From assembly GCA_017529875.1 (NCBI GenBank), contig JAFXNC010000004.1, positions 1 through 64,000 on the forward strand: 64,000 nucleotides of DNA, given 5' to 3'. The DNA comes from Ruminococcus sp. (GTDB lineage Bacteria; Bacillota; Clostridia; Oscillospirales; Ruminococcaceae). Below, one piece after another: positions 38,101 through 46,983 of this stretch. The first letter of the stretch is position 1; every line of letters starts with the position of its first letter. The translations under genes were made by a program, and so were the position numbers. The notes under the pieces were generated by a model that ran no database searches, was not told the origin of the DNA, and saw only the letters and a program-made list of their open reading frames with translations.

Positions 38101-38791
38101 CACCTGGTTCCTGGCAAGGACCCGCATACAGCGCACCCTGACTATCCAGCGCCAACAGCTGGAGCTTGCAGAAAAGCAGGTACGCATGGGCAACGAGACG
38201 ATCCTCGCCATAGCCCGTACCGTGGACGCCAAGGACGAGAACACCAGCCAGCACTCGCAGCGTGTCTCCGAGTACTCCGTGATGATAGCTCAGGAGCTGG
38301 GCTTCAGCAAGGAGGAGCAGGAAAAGCTGAGAAACGCCGCATTGCTTCATGACATAGGCAAGATCGGCATACCCGACCGCATACTCAACAAGCCCGCCCG
38401 CCTCACCGACGAGGAGTACGCCATAATGAAGACCCACGTTACCAGAGGCGCCAAGATACTCAAAGACTTCACCCTCATAGAGAACGTGGTGGACGGCGCT
38501 CTCTATCACCATGAGCGCTACGACGGCAAGGGCTACGTCCACGGCCTCAAGGGCGAGGACATACCTCTCTACGGCAGGATCATCGGCGTAGCGGACGCCT
38601 TCGACGCCATGACCGCCAACCGTGTTTACAGAAAGAAACTGGATTTCAACTTCGTCATCGAGGAGCTGGAGCGGTGCAAGGGCAGCCAGTTCGACCCGAA
38701 GATCGCCGACATCATGCTCAAACTGATTCACGAGGGCAAGATAGACTTTGAACGCCTGTACGGAAGCGAGGTGCCGAAGAATGACGAGTGA
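35156..38791 (+). CDS. multidomain membrane sensor: ECF-S-component-like polytopic N-domain + beta-propeller (Reg_prop repeats) + Y_Y_Y domain + TM + HD-GYP c-di-GMP phosphodiesterase domain
   Basis: 1212 aa from ATG 35156 (GAGGTGA RBS). N-terminal 170 aa hydrophobic with ELPLWLDTIGTAV motif; Asp/Ser/Gly-rich linker; repeated GxLWIGTxxGL propeller blades; Y_Y_Y; TM WFTAYMLIVAMLAIIWFTWFLA; HD...HDIGKIGIPD...HHERYDGKGY (HD-GYP). Confidence 0.8.
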   Translation: MKNKHNYLMAVFIAVCIMINYGGRVFAGHFELPLWLDTIGTAVTSFAFGPVCGAIVGVTSNIIFGIVDAGAYEYCIVSIVLGIVIGMSAKRGSFKTVFGTMTASVLATVAAIVVCVPINLIFHNGMTSNIWGDGVIKMLEEKDVPFWLCVVAGEFYVEFLDKIITLFALYLVARFHERNTARQGAETPSDSDTGDTDDSSGDDTADAPDDTGSGSGPGKAAKLAAMLICGMTAAVTAGGLRADAADKYYDYSDYVHTVFSSDNGLPCGEANDVAQTNDGVLWIGTYAGLYRYNGSEFRWMNEYSSVRNVNCLYVDAEGRLWIGTNDNGLTISINETVSNVVDKDTGLPSDSIKCVTQSSEGDYYIGTTESMAIITLDSGLKVLNEIPIHYAVTATADEDGHAAVVNSEGKLFLLGDREIRDTLEPSGDSEVFNCATFSDDGLLYAGTTGSRVFVYEIKDGKLSQLRELSFDSLVSIQSITFSEDGLCFICADNGVGFIGPDGVYHDINTGDFNNSIDNMTIDYQGNLWFTSSRLGLLRLSETPFADVYRICGLENKVVNTVEEWNGKLYFGTDAGLDIADKNTRKPVTNDLTKKLEGSRIRCIRKDSRGNLWICTYGMGLVKVKPDGSTEDFGTAEGTFGNRARVVIELSDGRIAAAGDTGMSFITESGIEKTLTYGSGLSNTMILSLLEHSDGALLAGTDGDGIAVIRDGSVVRMLTRYDGLSSGVILRMVACSDGEHILIVTSNGLCCMDSSYNIRTLDEFPYSNNYDAWTGPSGKLFVMSSAGIYVADEKDVINDTPDMYYELLDSKRGMTASLTANSWNYCDEDNMLYLSCDSGVYSMDMDTYASKKHTYRLLVSSAKIDGVVYPVERGVELSIPRGTGRIEIFPEVINYTTENPYVSYYLEGFDTAPTVINQSELSSIVYTNLPKGSYVFRLSVLDNSKEGVLEESSYTITKEREIYDNGWFTAYMLIVAMLAIIWFTWFLARTRIQRTLTIQRQQLELAEKQVRMGNETILAIARTVDAKDENTSQHSQRVSEYSVMIAQELGFSKEEQEKLRNAALLHDIGKIGIPDRILNKPARLTDEEYAIMKTHVTRGAKILKDFTLIENVVDGALYHHERYDGKGYVHGLKGEDIPLYGRIIGVADAFDAMTANRVYRKKLDFNFVIEELERCKGSQFDPKIADIMLKLIHEGKIDFERLYGSEVPKNDE

Positions 38792-40010
38792 GGCTAAAAG
38801 AGATCTGATCGTGACAGCGGTCGCCTCGCTGATCGTTATCATGATGTTTTCCATATTCCATCTGGTGAAGCTGATAAACGATTCCTCCAAGGAGCAGATC
38901 AAGGTGGGCTTCGTTTACGACAGCGACGAGAGCACCCCCTACACCGCCAATTTCATCAAGGCGCAGAAGGCTCTTGAACGTCAGCTGGGCAGCAAGGTGG
39001 TAACGGTGGTCAAGTCCAACATCTACGACAGGGACGGCGGCAAAAAGGCCGTCAGCGAGCTGGTCAACGAGGGCTGCGACCTCATCTTCACCACCAGTAT
39101 AGGTTACAGCAAGGCCGCCAAGGAATATGCCGAGCAGTACCCGGACATACAGTTCTGCCAGGCCACCGGCGACAATGCCGGCACCGAGCCGGTGCTGGAC
39201 AATTATCATACCTTCATGGGCGAGATCTATCAGGGCAGATACATCTCAGGCGCCATAGCCGGCATGAAGCTGCGAGAGCTCATCGACAGCGGCAGGATCT
39301 CCCCTGACAAGGCCAGGATCGGCTATGTGGCAGCCTACGAGACGGCTGAGGTCATCTCGGGATATACGGCCTTCCTGCTTGGCGTCAGGTCTGAGGCGCC
39401 CGAGGCGGTCATGGAGGTCATGTACACCAACACCTGGTCGAGCTACGCCGTGGAGAAGAAGTGCGCCAAGCAGCTCATCGCCGACGGCTGCGTCGTGATC
39501 TCACAGCACTCCGATACCACAGGCCCTGCGGTGGCCTGCGAGGAAGCCCAGAACGTCTACCATGTGGGCTACAACCAGAGCATGATCGACGTGGCGCCCA
39601 CCACCTCCATAATAAGCTCCTGCATCAACTGGACCCCCTACATAGTCAGCGCCAGCGAGGCAGTCCTTGCGGGAAAGCGCATCGAGGACTATGTACAGGG
39701 CGACGAGAACGGCAACGACCTGGGAGCGGGCTTTGACCTGGACTGGGTACAGATGCTGGAGCTCAACTCTCTCATAGCCGCCGAGGGCAGCGCCGACAAG
39801 ATCACGGAGCTCACCGACAAGTTCAAGGACGGCTGGAACGAGGTCTTCAAGGGCAGCTACACCGGTGTTGACCCCACCGATCCCAACAAGACCATAGACC
39901 TGAGCGGAGGCTACACCGAGAACGAGCACTCATCCGCGCCGACCTTCTGCTACGTCCTGAATGACGTCATCACCATAGTCGAACAAGAAACGGATGCGCG
40001 GATTCGCTAA
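38781..40010 (+). CDS. BMP/PnrA/Med family ABC-type substrate-binding protein homologue, membrane-anchored
   Basis: Start ATG 38781 overlaps the HD-GYP gene stop by 11 nt; N-terminal TM; BMP-family periplasmic-binding fold. Confidence 0.75.
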   Translation: MTSEAKRDLIVTAVASLIVIMMFSIFHLVKLINDSSKEQIKVGFVYDSDESTPYTANFIKAQKALERQLGSKVVTVVKSNIYDRDGGKKAVSELVNEGCDLIFTTSIGYSKAAKEYAEQYPDIQFCQATGDNAGTEPVLDNYHTFMGEIYQGRYISGAIAGMKLRELIDSGRISPDKARIGYVAAYETAEVISGYTAFLLGVRSEAPEAVMEVMYTNTWSSYAVEKKCAKQLIADGCVVISQHSDTTGPAVACEEAQNVYHVGYNQSMIDVAPTTSIISSCINWTPYIVSASEAVLAGKRIEDYVQGDENGNDLGAGFDLDWVQMLELNSLIAAEGSADKITELTDKFKDGWNEVFKGSYTGVDPTDPNKTIDLSGGYTENEHSSAPTFCYVLNDVITIVEQETDARIR

Positions 40011-40047
40011 AAGAAGAAAGAATAAAGAAAAAAGAATAAAGAATAAT

Positions 40048-40110
40048 TAAGGAGTCCGCTTTGCGGACGATTTTAAAAATCATCGCCGAAGGCGATACCT
40101 TAATTATTCT
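40048..40110. terminator. bidirectional terminators (GTCCGCtttGCGGAC and ATCGCCgaaGGCGAT) embedded in an approximately 35-bp AT-rich inverted repeat
   Basis: Arms gaaagaataaagaa...aataattaagg / ccttaattattctttattctt around two short GC hairpins. Confidence 0.65.
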
Positions 40111-40137
40111 TTATTCTTTATTATTCTTCTTTATTCT

Positions 40138-40620
40138 TTACAGCGTCAGCGGCATAAGAAGGCATACTGCCGTGGCGGAAATGCCGAGGCGCTCTCCCGT
40201 GAAGCCAAGGCCTTCCTCTGTGGTGGCCTTCACCGAGATCCGGGAGATATCTGTACCGCAGGCTCTGGCGATGTTCTCCCGCATCTGCATGATGTGGGGG
40301 GCGAGCTTCGGTGCCTGAGCACAGACTGTTGAGTCGATGTTGCCGATCTCATAGCCGGCCTCTCTGACCCTGCGCACCACCTCGGTCATGAGCAGGAGGC
40401 TGTCAGCGCCCCTGTAACGCTCGTCGCTGTCGGGGAACAGCTTTCCGATATCCCCCATAGCCGCCGCACCGAGGAGCGAATCCATAATTGCGTGGGCGAG
40501 AACGTCCGCGTCGGAGTGACCCAGCAGCCCCAGGGTGTGAGGTATATCCACGCCCCCAAGGATCAGCTTTCTGCCCTCTGCAAGCCTGTGTACGTCGTAG
40601 CCGTGACCTATCCGAAACAT
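40138..40620 (-). CDS. ispF: 2-C-methyl-D-erythritol 2,4-cyclodiphosphate synthase
   Basis: GHGYDVHRL...GHSDADV... conserved IspF motifs, 160 aa. Confidence 0.95.
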   Translation of the reverse strand: MFRIGHGYDVHRLAEGRKLILGGVDIPHTLGLLGHSDADVLAHAIMDSLLGAAAMGDIGKLFPDSDERYRGADSLLLMTEVVRRVREAGYEIGNIDSTVCAQAPKLAPHIMQMRENIARACGTDISRISVKATTEEGLGFTGERLGISATAVCLLMPLTL

Positions 40621-40635
40621 GAGCTCAGCCCCCGT

Positions 40636-41646
40636 TCAGAGCCCGTTGGGGTTCTTCTGGGCGAAGTTCCAGCCGTCGCGGCACATATCGTCGAGATCGT
40701 ACTGCGCCTCCCAGCCGAAGAGTTCCCTGGCCTTCTTTGGGTCGGAGTAGCACCAGGCGATGTCTCCGGCACGGCGGGGCATGATCTTGTAGGGCAGCTC
40801 ACGTCCGCAGGCCTTCTCAAAGGCATGGAGCACGTCCAGCACGCTGGAGCCCTTGCCGGTGCCCAGGTTCACAGCCTCGACGCCCTTGTGCTCCAAGACG
40901 TATTTCAGGGCGCAGATGTGACCCTTCGCCAGATCCACTACATGGATGTAGTCTCTTACGCCGGTGCCGTCGGGGGTGTCGTAGTCGTTGCCGAACACGC
41001 CCAGATACTCACGCTTGCCCACAGCCACCTGCTGGATGTAGGGGAAAAGGTTGTTGGGTATGCCGTTGGGGTCCTCGCCGATAAGGCCGCTGCTGTGAGC
41101 GCCTATGGGGTTGAAGTACCGCAGCAGGGCGATAGACCAGTCCTTATCAGCAACAGCCACGTCCTTGAGTATCTGCTCGATCATGACCTTGGTGTAGCCG
41201 TAGGGGTTGGTGGAGGTATGGGTGGGCATGGTCTCCACATAGGGGACAGGGTTGTCCATGCCGTATACAGTCGCCGAAGAAGAAAATACGATCTTCTTGC
41301 AGCCGTGAGAGCGCATGGCCTCAATGAGCATCAGCGTTCCGGTGATGTTGTTGTGGTAGTACTCCACGGGCTTTTCAACGCTCTCGCCCACGGCCTTGAG
41401 CCCCGCGAAGTGTATAACAGCCTCGATGCTGTTCTCGTCGAAGATCCTGTTGAGGGCGGCAAGGTCAAGGATATCCGCCTCATAGAATTTCAGGTCCTTC
41501 CCGGTGATCTGCTTTACTCTTTTGAGAGCCTCCGGCTTGGAGTTGGAGTAGTTGTCCACTACCACCAGCTCATAGCCTGCCTCCAGCAGCTCAACGCAGG
41601 TGTGGCTTCCGATAAATCCGGCACCGCCGGTAACAAGTACTGACAT
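40636..41646 (-). CDS. galE: UDP-glucose 4-epimerase
   Basis: TGGAGFIGSH Rossmann motif, YxxxK catalytic dyad, 336 aa. Confidence 0.95.
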   Translation of the reverse strand: MSVLVTGGAGFIGSHTCVELLEAGYELVVVDNYSNSKPEALKRVKQITGKDLKFYEADILDLAALNRIFDENSIEAVIHFAGLKAVGESVEKPVEYYHNNITGTLMLIEAMRSHGCKKIVFSSSATVYGMDNPVPYVETMPTHTSTNPYGYTKVMIEQILKDVAVADKDWSIALLRYFNPIGAHSSGLIGEDPNGIPNNLFPYIQQVAVGKREYLGVFGNDYDTPDGTGVRDYIHVVDLAKGHICALKYVLEHKGVEAVNLGTGKGSSVLDVLHAFEKACGRELPYKIMPRRAGDIAWCYSDPKKARELFGWEAQYDLDDMCRDGWNFAQKNPNGL

Positions 41647-41807
41647 AGTAATACCTTCCTTATTATTGAATTGGGACTTGCCTATATGATTATAACATAA
41701 ATCTTCTCGTTTTGCAAGTCGATTTGAAACATTTTGCGATTGACATTTAGACGCAGATAGGCTATAATGTAAGGTGGACTATTCTGATACAAGGAGAGAA
41801 CAAGCAA

Positions 41808-43046
41808 GTGAGATATACAAAACTCGTCAGCCTGCTGCTGGCGGCCGGGATGCTCGCCTCCTGCGGCAGCACCGATACAGTACTCAGCGCACTGGACTCC
41901 GGCACAGACGACAGTACCGCAGTCACCACCGTGACCACGGCTGCCACCTCTGTCACTACCACCAAGAAGACCCTCGCTACCCGCAAGCCCATTGACGACA
42001 GCGAGGTGGAAAAGGAAGAATCTCCCTATTACGATATAAAGCCCATACTCAATGCTTACCGCGACGGCACCCGCAATGAGCTTACCTATGAGCAGAAGGA
42101 AGTCCTGGACAGCGCAAAGCACTTTTTGGAGGACTATCTGACCGACGACATGACCCAGTACCAGAAGGAGCTGACTATCCACGACAAGATAGCCGAGCTG
42201 GTGGACTACGACGCGGCCGAGCTTGATGCTCTCGATGCCGACGAGTATCAGCACGACCCGGATTCCGAGACCCCCTACGGCGCTCTGGTGAACAACAAGG
42301 CTATCTGCACCGGGTATGCCCTGACCTTCAACCTGCTGGCGGAAATGGCGGGCATCAAGTGCGTCACCGTGGTGGGCACCAACAAGGAGGGCGAGGAGCA
42401 TCTCTGGAACAAGGTCAAGCTGGACGACGGCAAGTGGTACGGCGTTGACATGACCTGGGACGATATGCACTCCGATACCGGAGACCTGTATCTCAAACAC
42501 AGGTTCTTCAACGGCACCGATGACTTCTTTGCAGAGCATGACCATGTATGGGACGACAAGGATTACTCCGACGCCATAGGCACCCAGTACTCCTACATGA
42601 ACATGGAGGCGGTCTACATCGCCGACCTGGAACAGCTGGAGGAGCTTGTGCAGTCCAATGCTGCCAAGGGCATCGGCGAGGCGGTGTTCATCCCCGACAG
42701 CGAGGTGCTGGAGCTCTGGTACGGCAACTTCGAGGCCAGCGATAAGTTCACCGAGATACGCCGCCTGCTTTACCGCAACGGCTATACCTTCTATCAGGAG
42801 TGTACCTGCGATACCGACAACGGCACCGCCATAATGATATGCTTCAAGACCTTCGAGGAAGGCGACCCCACCTACGAGGAGGACAGCAGCAGCGAGACCG
42901 ACAGCGAAAGCTCCTCTGAAAACGCCGATAAGGACAGCCAGTCCTCGTCGGAGAACGAGAGCTCGTCTTCTCAGGCGCAGACCGACAACGGCGGCGAGAC
43001 AGCCGATCAGACCGGTGACACCGACCATACTACGGAGGGAACATGA
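41808..43046 (+). CDS. lipoprotein with transglutaminase-like (papain-fold) domain and acidic Ser-rich C-terminal tail
   Basis: Lipobox LAAGMLASC; Cys in NKAICTGYALTF with downstream His/Asp; low-complexity C-terminus. Confidence 0.6.
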   Translation: MRYTKLVSLLLAAGMLASCGSTDTVLSALDSGTDDSTAVTTVTTAATSVTTTKKTLATRKPIDDSEVEKEESPYYDIKPILNAYRDGTRNELTYEQKEVLDSAKHFLEDYLTDDMTQYQKELTIHDKIAELVDYDAAELDALDADEYQHDPDSETPYGALVNNKAICTGYALTFNLLAEMAGIKCVTVVGTNKEGEEHLWNKVKLDDGKWYGVDMTWDDMHSDTGDLYLKHRFFNGTDDFFAEHDHVWDDKDYSDAIGTQYSYMNMEAVYIADLEQLEELVQSNAAKGIGEAVFIPDSEVLELWYGNFEASDKFTEIRRLLYRNGYTFYQECTCDTDNGTAIMICFKTFEEGDPTYEEDSSSETDSESSSENADKDSQSSSENESSSSQAQTDNGGETADQTGDTDHTTEGT

Positions 43047-43828
43047 GATTTCGACCCTGTATAGACATCCACGGCGGCAGCGTAAAGCAGATCGTGGGCG
43101 GGACGCTGCGTGACGGCGGCTTCGCTGAGGAGAATTTCGTCTCCAGGATGTGCGGCGGCTACTACGGCGAGCTGTACAAGAGCTACGGCCTTACCGGAGG
43201 GCATATCATACTGCTTGACCCCGCCAATACCCCCGAATACGAGGCCGACTGCCAGCAGGCAAAGCTTGCCCTGCAGTCCTGGCCCGGCGGCTTTCAGATA
43301 GGCGGAGGCGTGACGGCTGAAAATGCCGCCCAGTTCCTTGATATGGGGGCTTCACACGTCATCGTCACCAGCTATGTTTTCAAAAACGGCGAGGTCAACG
43401 AGGAAAACCTCAAACGCCTTGTCTCGGCGGTGGGCAGAGAGCGACTGGTGCTTGACCTGAGCTGCCGCTGCAAGGCCGACGAGGGCAGATACTACGTGGT
43501 CACAGACCGCTGGCAGAGGTTCACTTCAATTGAGTTTGGCGCCGATGCGCTCAGCTACTTCTCGGAGTTCTGCGCGGAGCTGCTTGTCCACGCGGTGGAT
43601 GTGGAGGGGGCAAAGTGCGGCATTGACAGGCACGTTGCTCAGACGTTGGGAGAGTATATCTTCCCCGCCACCTACGCGGGAGGGATATCCTCCTTTGACG
43701 ACCTTGACAGGCTCTATGAATACGGGCGCGGGCGTGTGGATTTCACTGTGGGCTCTGCGCTGGATATCTTCGGAGGGGATATGCCCTTTGAGAAGGTAGT
43801 GCGCTACGCGGAGGAAAAAAATGGCTGA
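43043..43828 (+). CDS. eukaryotic-type HisA (His6-family, TIGR02129-like) phosphoribosylformimino-AICAR-ribotide isomerase homologue
   Basis: MRFRPCIDIHGGSVKQIVGG N-terminus and (beta/alpha)8 HisA/HisF fold; ATGA-coupled to the lipoprotein gene; no other his genes nearby. Confidence 0.6.
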   Translation: MRFRPCIDIHGGSVKQIVGGTLRDGGFAEENFVSRMCGGYYGELYKSYGLTGGHIILLDPANTPEYEADCQQAKLALQSWPGGFQIGGGVTAENAAQFLDMGASHVIVTSYVFKNGEVNEENLKRLVSAVGRERLVLDLSCRCKADEGRYYVVTDRWQRFTSIEFGADALSYFSEFCAELLVHAVDVEGAKCGIDRHVAQTLGEYIFPATYAGGISSFDDLDRLYEYGRGRVDFTVGSALDIFGGDMPFEKVVRYAEEKNG

Positions 43829-44525
43829 GACAGTTACCGCGCTGAAAAGCGGCTACGTCCGGGTCAACTGCTATGCAGGGTGGCTGGCAAAGACCATGCC
43901 CGACGGCTTCTCCTACGGAGGAAATCAGGGCTGGTTCGGCAGGGAGGACGGGTATATACCGCCCTTGGGCTGCGGGCTCATCTCCTGCGCCGACGTGCTG
44001 CTATACAAGTCCGGGCGCACCAAGCTCGACCGGGACGAGTATATGACTTTCGTGCGGGAGCTGGGGGCTAAGCGCCTCAAAGTCCGCAGAAAGCTGGGTC
44101 TCAACGGTCTGAGCATGGCGCGGGGCATAAGAAAGCTCTTAAAGGAGCGGGGCATGAGGTCAAAGGTGTGCTGGTGCTTTTCCAAGCGCAAGATGCTCCC
44201 CCGCATCAAGGAGATGCTGAATAACGACACCCCGGTGACTATCGCGGCGGGGCCTCAGCTGCTGTTCAAAAAGAAACGCCCCTCGGGGGTGAGCTTCTAT
44301 GTCAGCGACGGCAAGGGGGGCTATGTGCTGCCCGGGTGGCGGTCGGGACTGGTGAAGGATCACTACGTCACGGTGACGGCGGTCTGTGAGTACGGCGACC
44401 GTACTATGCTGGAAATATCCTCCTGGGGCGAGCGCTACTACATCGACTGGGCGGAGTACACCGCGTATATAAACCTGTTCGGGACGTTTTTCAGCAATAT
44501 ACTTTACATCAAAAGCAAGCAATAA
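43821..44525 (+). CDS. hypothetical protein, possible papain-like (C39/BtrH-like) cysteine peptidase fold
   Basis: GCGLISCADVL Cys motif and downstream DHYVTV His; overlaps the HisA-like gene by 8 nt. Confidence 0.35.
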   Translation: MAETVTALKSGYVRVNCYAGWLAKTMPDGFSYGGNQGWFGREDGYIPPLGCGLISCADVLLYKSGRTKLDRDEYMTFVRELGAKRLKVRRKLGLNGLSMARGIRKLLKERGMRSKVCWCFSKRKMLPRIKEMLNNDTPVTIAAGPQLLFKKKRPSGVSFYVSDGKGGYVLPGWRSGLVKDHYVTVTAVCEYGDRTMLEISSWGERYYIDWAEYTAYINLFGTFFSNILYIKSKQ

Positions 44526-44583
44526 TCTTTACATCAAGATCATATGATATATTATACAATTACACGAAGGGCGATGTATTACT

Positions 44584-45666
44584 ATGGCAAGGCTAAAAGT
44601 CGCCGTGCTGTTCGGCGGCAGATCAAACGAACATGACATTTCAAGGATCTCGGCGGTACACGTTATCGAGAGCATCCCCAAGGACAAATACGACGTTGTG
44701 ACGGTGGGCATCACCAAGAAGGGTCACTGGTTCCGCTTCAACGGCGATACCGGGCTCATCGCCTCCGGCGAGTGGGAAAAGCACCCCGACAACGTTCCCT
44801 GCATACTCAGCCCCGACCCCATACACAAGGGCTTTATCGTCTTCGAGCGGGACGGCGAGGCAGTGAGCCTCAAGGTGGACTGCGTGTTCCCGGTGCTCCA
44901 CGGCAGGAACGGCGAGGACGGCACCGTGCAGGGGCTTTTGGAGCTGGCGGGTATGCCCTATGTGGGCTGCGACCTGATCTCGTCGGCTATGTGCATGGAT
45001 AAGGATACCACCCACACCATACTTGAAGCCAACGGCATCAGCACCGCCAAGTGGGTGCGCATACTCCGCTCGGAGCTGGATGATAAGCTCTCGGAGAAGT
45101 GCGACATCATGGAGCGGGAGCTGACATACCCCATGTTCGTCAAGCCCTGCAACTGCGGCTCGTCGGTGGGTATATCCAAGGTCACCGACCGCGATGAGCT
45201 GGAAGCCGGCATCAAGCAGGCCTTCGTCTATGACAAGAAGGTCATCGTTGAGGAGGGCATAGCAGGCCGGGAGATGGAGTGCGCCGTCATGGGCAATTTG
45301 GAGCCCTTTGCCTCGGATATCGGCGAGATACTGCCCGCCAACGACTTCTATGATTACGACGCCAAGTACAACGACGCCGGTTCAATGACCGTCATCCCCG
45401 CCAAGATCAGCGACGCCGACAGGGAGGCTATCCGCACCGTGGCAGTCAAGGCCTACAAGGCTCTGGGCTGCGGCGGACTGTCAAGAGTGGACTTCTTCCT
45501 CAAGGAGGACGGCACCGTCATCCTCAACGAGATCAACACCATGCCCGGACACACCGGCATCAGTATGTACCCCATGCTCATGGAGAACATCGGCATCTCC
45601 TGCGAGGAGCAGGAGGACAGACTTATCAAGCTTGCCCTTGACAGAGCGGGGGTAGACTATGAGTGA
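44584..45666 (+). CDS. ddl: D-alanine--D-alanine ligase
   Basis: ATP-grasp fold with Ddl N- and C-terminal domains, 360 aa. Confidence 0.95.
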   Translation: MARLKVAVLFGGRSNEHDISRISAVHVIESIPKDKYDVVTVGITKKGHWFRFNGDTGLIASGEWEKHPDNVPCILSPDPIHKGFIVFERDGEAVSLKVDCVFPVLHGRNGEDGTVQGLLELAGMPYVGCDLISSAMCMDKDTTHTILEANGISTAKWVRILRSELDDKLSEKCDIMERELTYPMFVKPCNCGSSVGISKVTDRDELEAGIKQAFVYDKKVIVEEGIAGREMECAVMGNLEPFASDIGEILPANDFYDYDAKYNDAGSMTVIPAKISDADREAIRTVAVKAYKALGCGGLSRVDFFLKEDGTVILNEINTMPGHTGISMYPMLMENIGISCEEQEDRLIKLALDRAGVDYE

Positions 45667-46474
45667 GCTTGCTATCGGGGTCTTCGATTCGGGAGTAGGC
45701 GGCCTCACCTGCGTCAAGGAGCTGACAAAGCTCATGCCCCACGAGGACATAATCTACCTCGGAGACACCGCCCGCGTCCCCTACGGCACCAAGAGCGTTG
45801 ATACCATAGCCAAGTACGCCAGGGAGGATATAGCCTTTCTGGAACGTTTCAACGTCAAGATGATACTCATAGCCTGCGGCACCGTATCATCGGTACTGAT
45901 GTCAAGGCCGCTGTTCGAGGACAGCTCGGTAGGGGTATACAGCGGAGTTATCTACCCCACTGTCACCGCCGCCTGCGCCGCTACGAGAAACAACCGCATC
46001 GGCGTTATCGGTACGCCTGCCACGGTACGCTCAGGCTGCTACGGCAAGGCTATCCGGGAGATCAGGAGCGATATCAGGGTCTTCTCCAAGGCCTGCCCCA
46101 TGTTCGTGCCGCTGGTGGAGAACGGCTATACCGACGTTGACAACAAAGTCGCACGCCTCATCGCCGAGGAGTATCTGGAGGGCTTGAAGCGGGAGCAGGT
46201 CGATACGCTGATACTGGGATGCACCCATTATCCCCATTTGGAGGGGGTAATAAGCGCGGTCATGGGGGAGGGCGTGAAACTCATATCCTCCGGCGCAGAG
46301 ATCGCCAAGTATGCCGAACGTACACTGATATCCGGGGGCATGGCAGCCCAGCGCACAGAGCGGGGCAAGCTCACCCTCTACTGCACCGACAGCGAGGAGC
46401 TGTTCTCCGAGAACGTGGAGACCTTCCTCGGCAGCAGGGAGAACATAACCGTGTCCACCTGCTCGGTGAAATAA
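45659..46474 (+). CDS. murI: glutamate racemase
   Basis: VFDSGVGGLT and GCTHYP catalytic Cys motifs. Confidence 0.95.
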   Translation: MSELAIGVFDSGVGGLTCVKELTKLMPHEDIIYLGDTARVPYGTKSVDTIAKYAREDIAFLERFNVKMILIACGTVSSVLMSRPLFEDSSVGVYSGVIYPTVTAACAATRNNRIGVIGTPATVRSGCYGKAIREIRSDIRVFSKACPMFVPLVENGYTDVDNKVARLIAEEYLEGLKREQVDTLILGCTHYPHLEGVISAVMGEGVKLISSGAEIAKYAERTLISGGMAAQRTERGKLTLYCTDSEELFSENVETFLGSRENITVSTCSVK

Positions 46475-46523
46475 GCACAGATCAAAGACAGCATAACATA
46501 CAGGTAAAACGAAACCAAGGAGA

Positions 46524-46955
46524 ATGAAATTGAAAAAGAACGTAAACATATCCCTCATCAGCAAGCAGTCCGACGGGGAGAACACCGAGCAGATCGAGCT
46601 GCTCACCGAGGGTCTGCTGCGCTACTGCAAGGACGGCTACGAGCTCTCCTACGAGGAGACCGATGCCACCGGCTTTGAAGGCGCAGTCACCAAGCTCTCT
46701 GTCACCGAGCACAGCAAGGTGGTCATGTCCCGGACAGGGGCGTCGGGCACAGATCTTGTGATCGAGCTGGGCAAAAAGCATCACTGCCACTACGGCACGC
46801 CCTACGGCGAGTTCATGGTGGGAGTCACCGCCAAGACTATCCGCTCGGATATGACCGAGAACGGCGGCAGGCTGGATTTCAGCTATGTGATAGACGTAAA
46901 TTCCGGCTATGTGGGCGACTTCGAGATAAACATCGGGGTCAAGCCCGTAAGCTGA
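46524..46955 (+). CDS. DUF1934 domain protein (YwiB-like, conserved partner of argS)
   Basis: 143 aa beta-rich protein immediately upstream of argS, as in Bacillus ywiB-argS. Confidence 0.65.
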   Translation: MKLKKNVNISLISKQSDGENTEQIELLTEGLLRYCKDGYELSYEETDATGFEGAVTKLSVTEHSKVVMSRTGASGTDLVIELGKKHHCHYGTPYGEFMVGVTAKTIRSDMTENGGRLDFSYVIDVNSGYVGDFEINIGVKPVS

Positions 46956-46983
46956 CAAATAAATACAACGGAGGTAAAACAAA

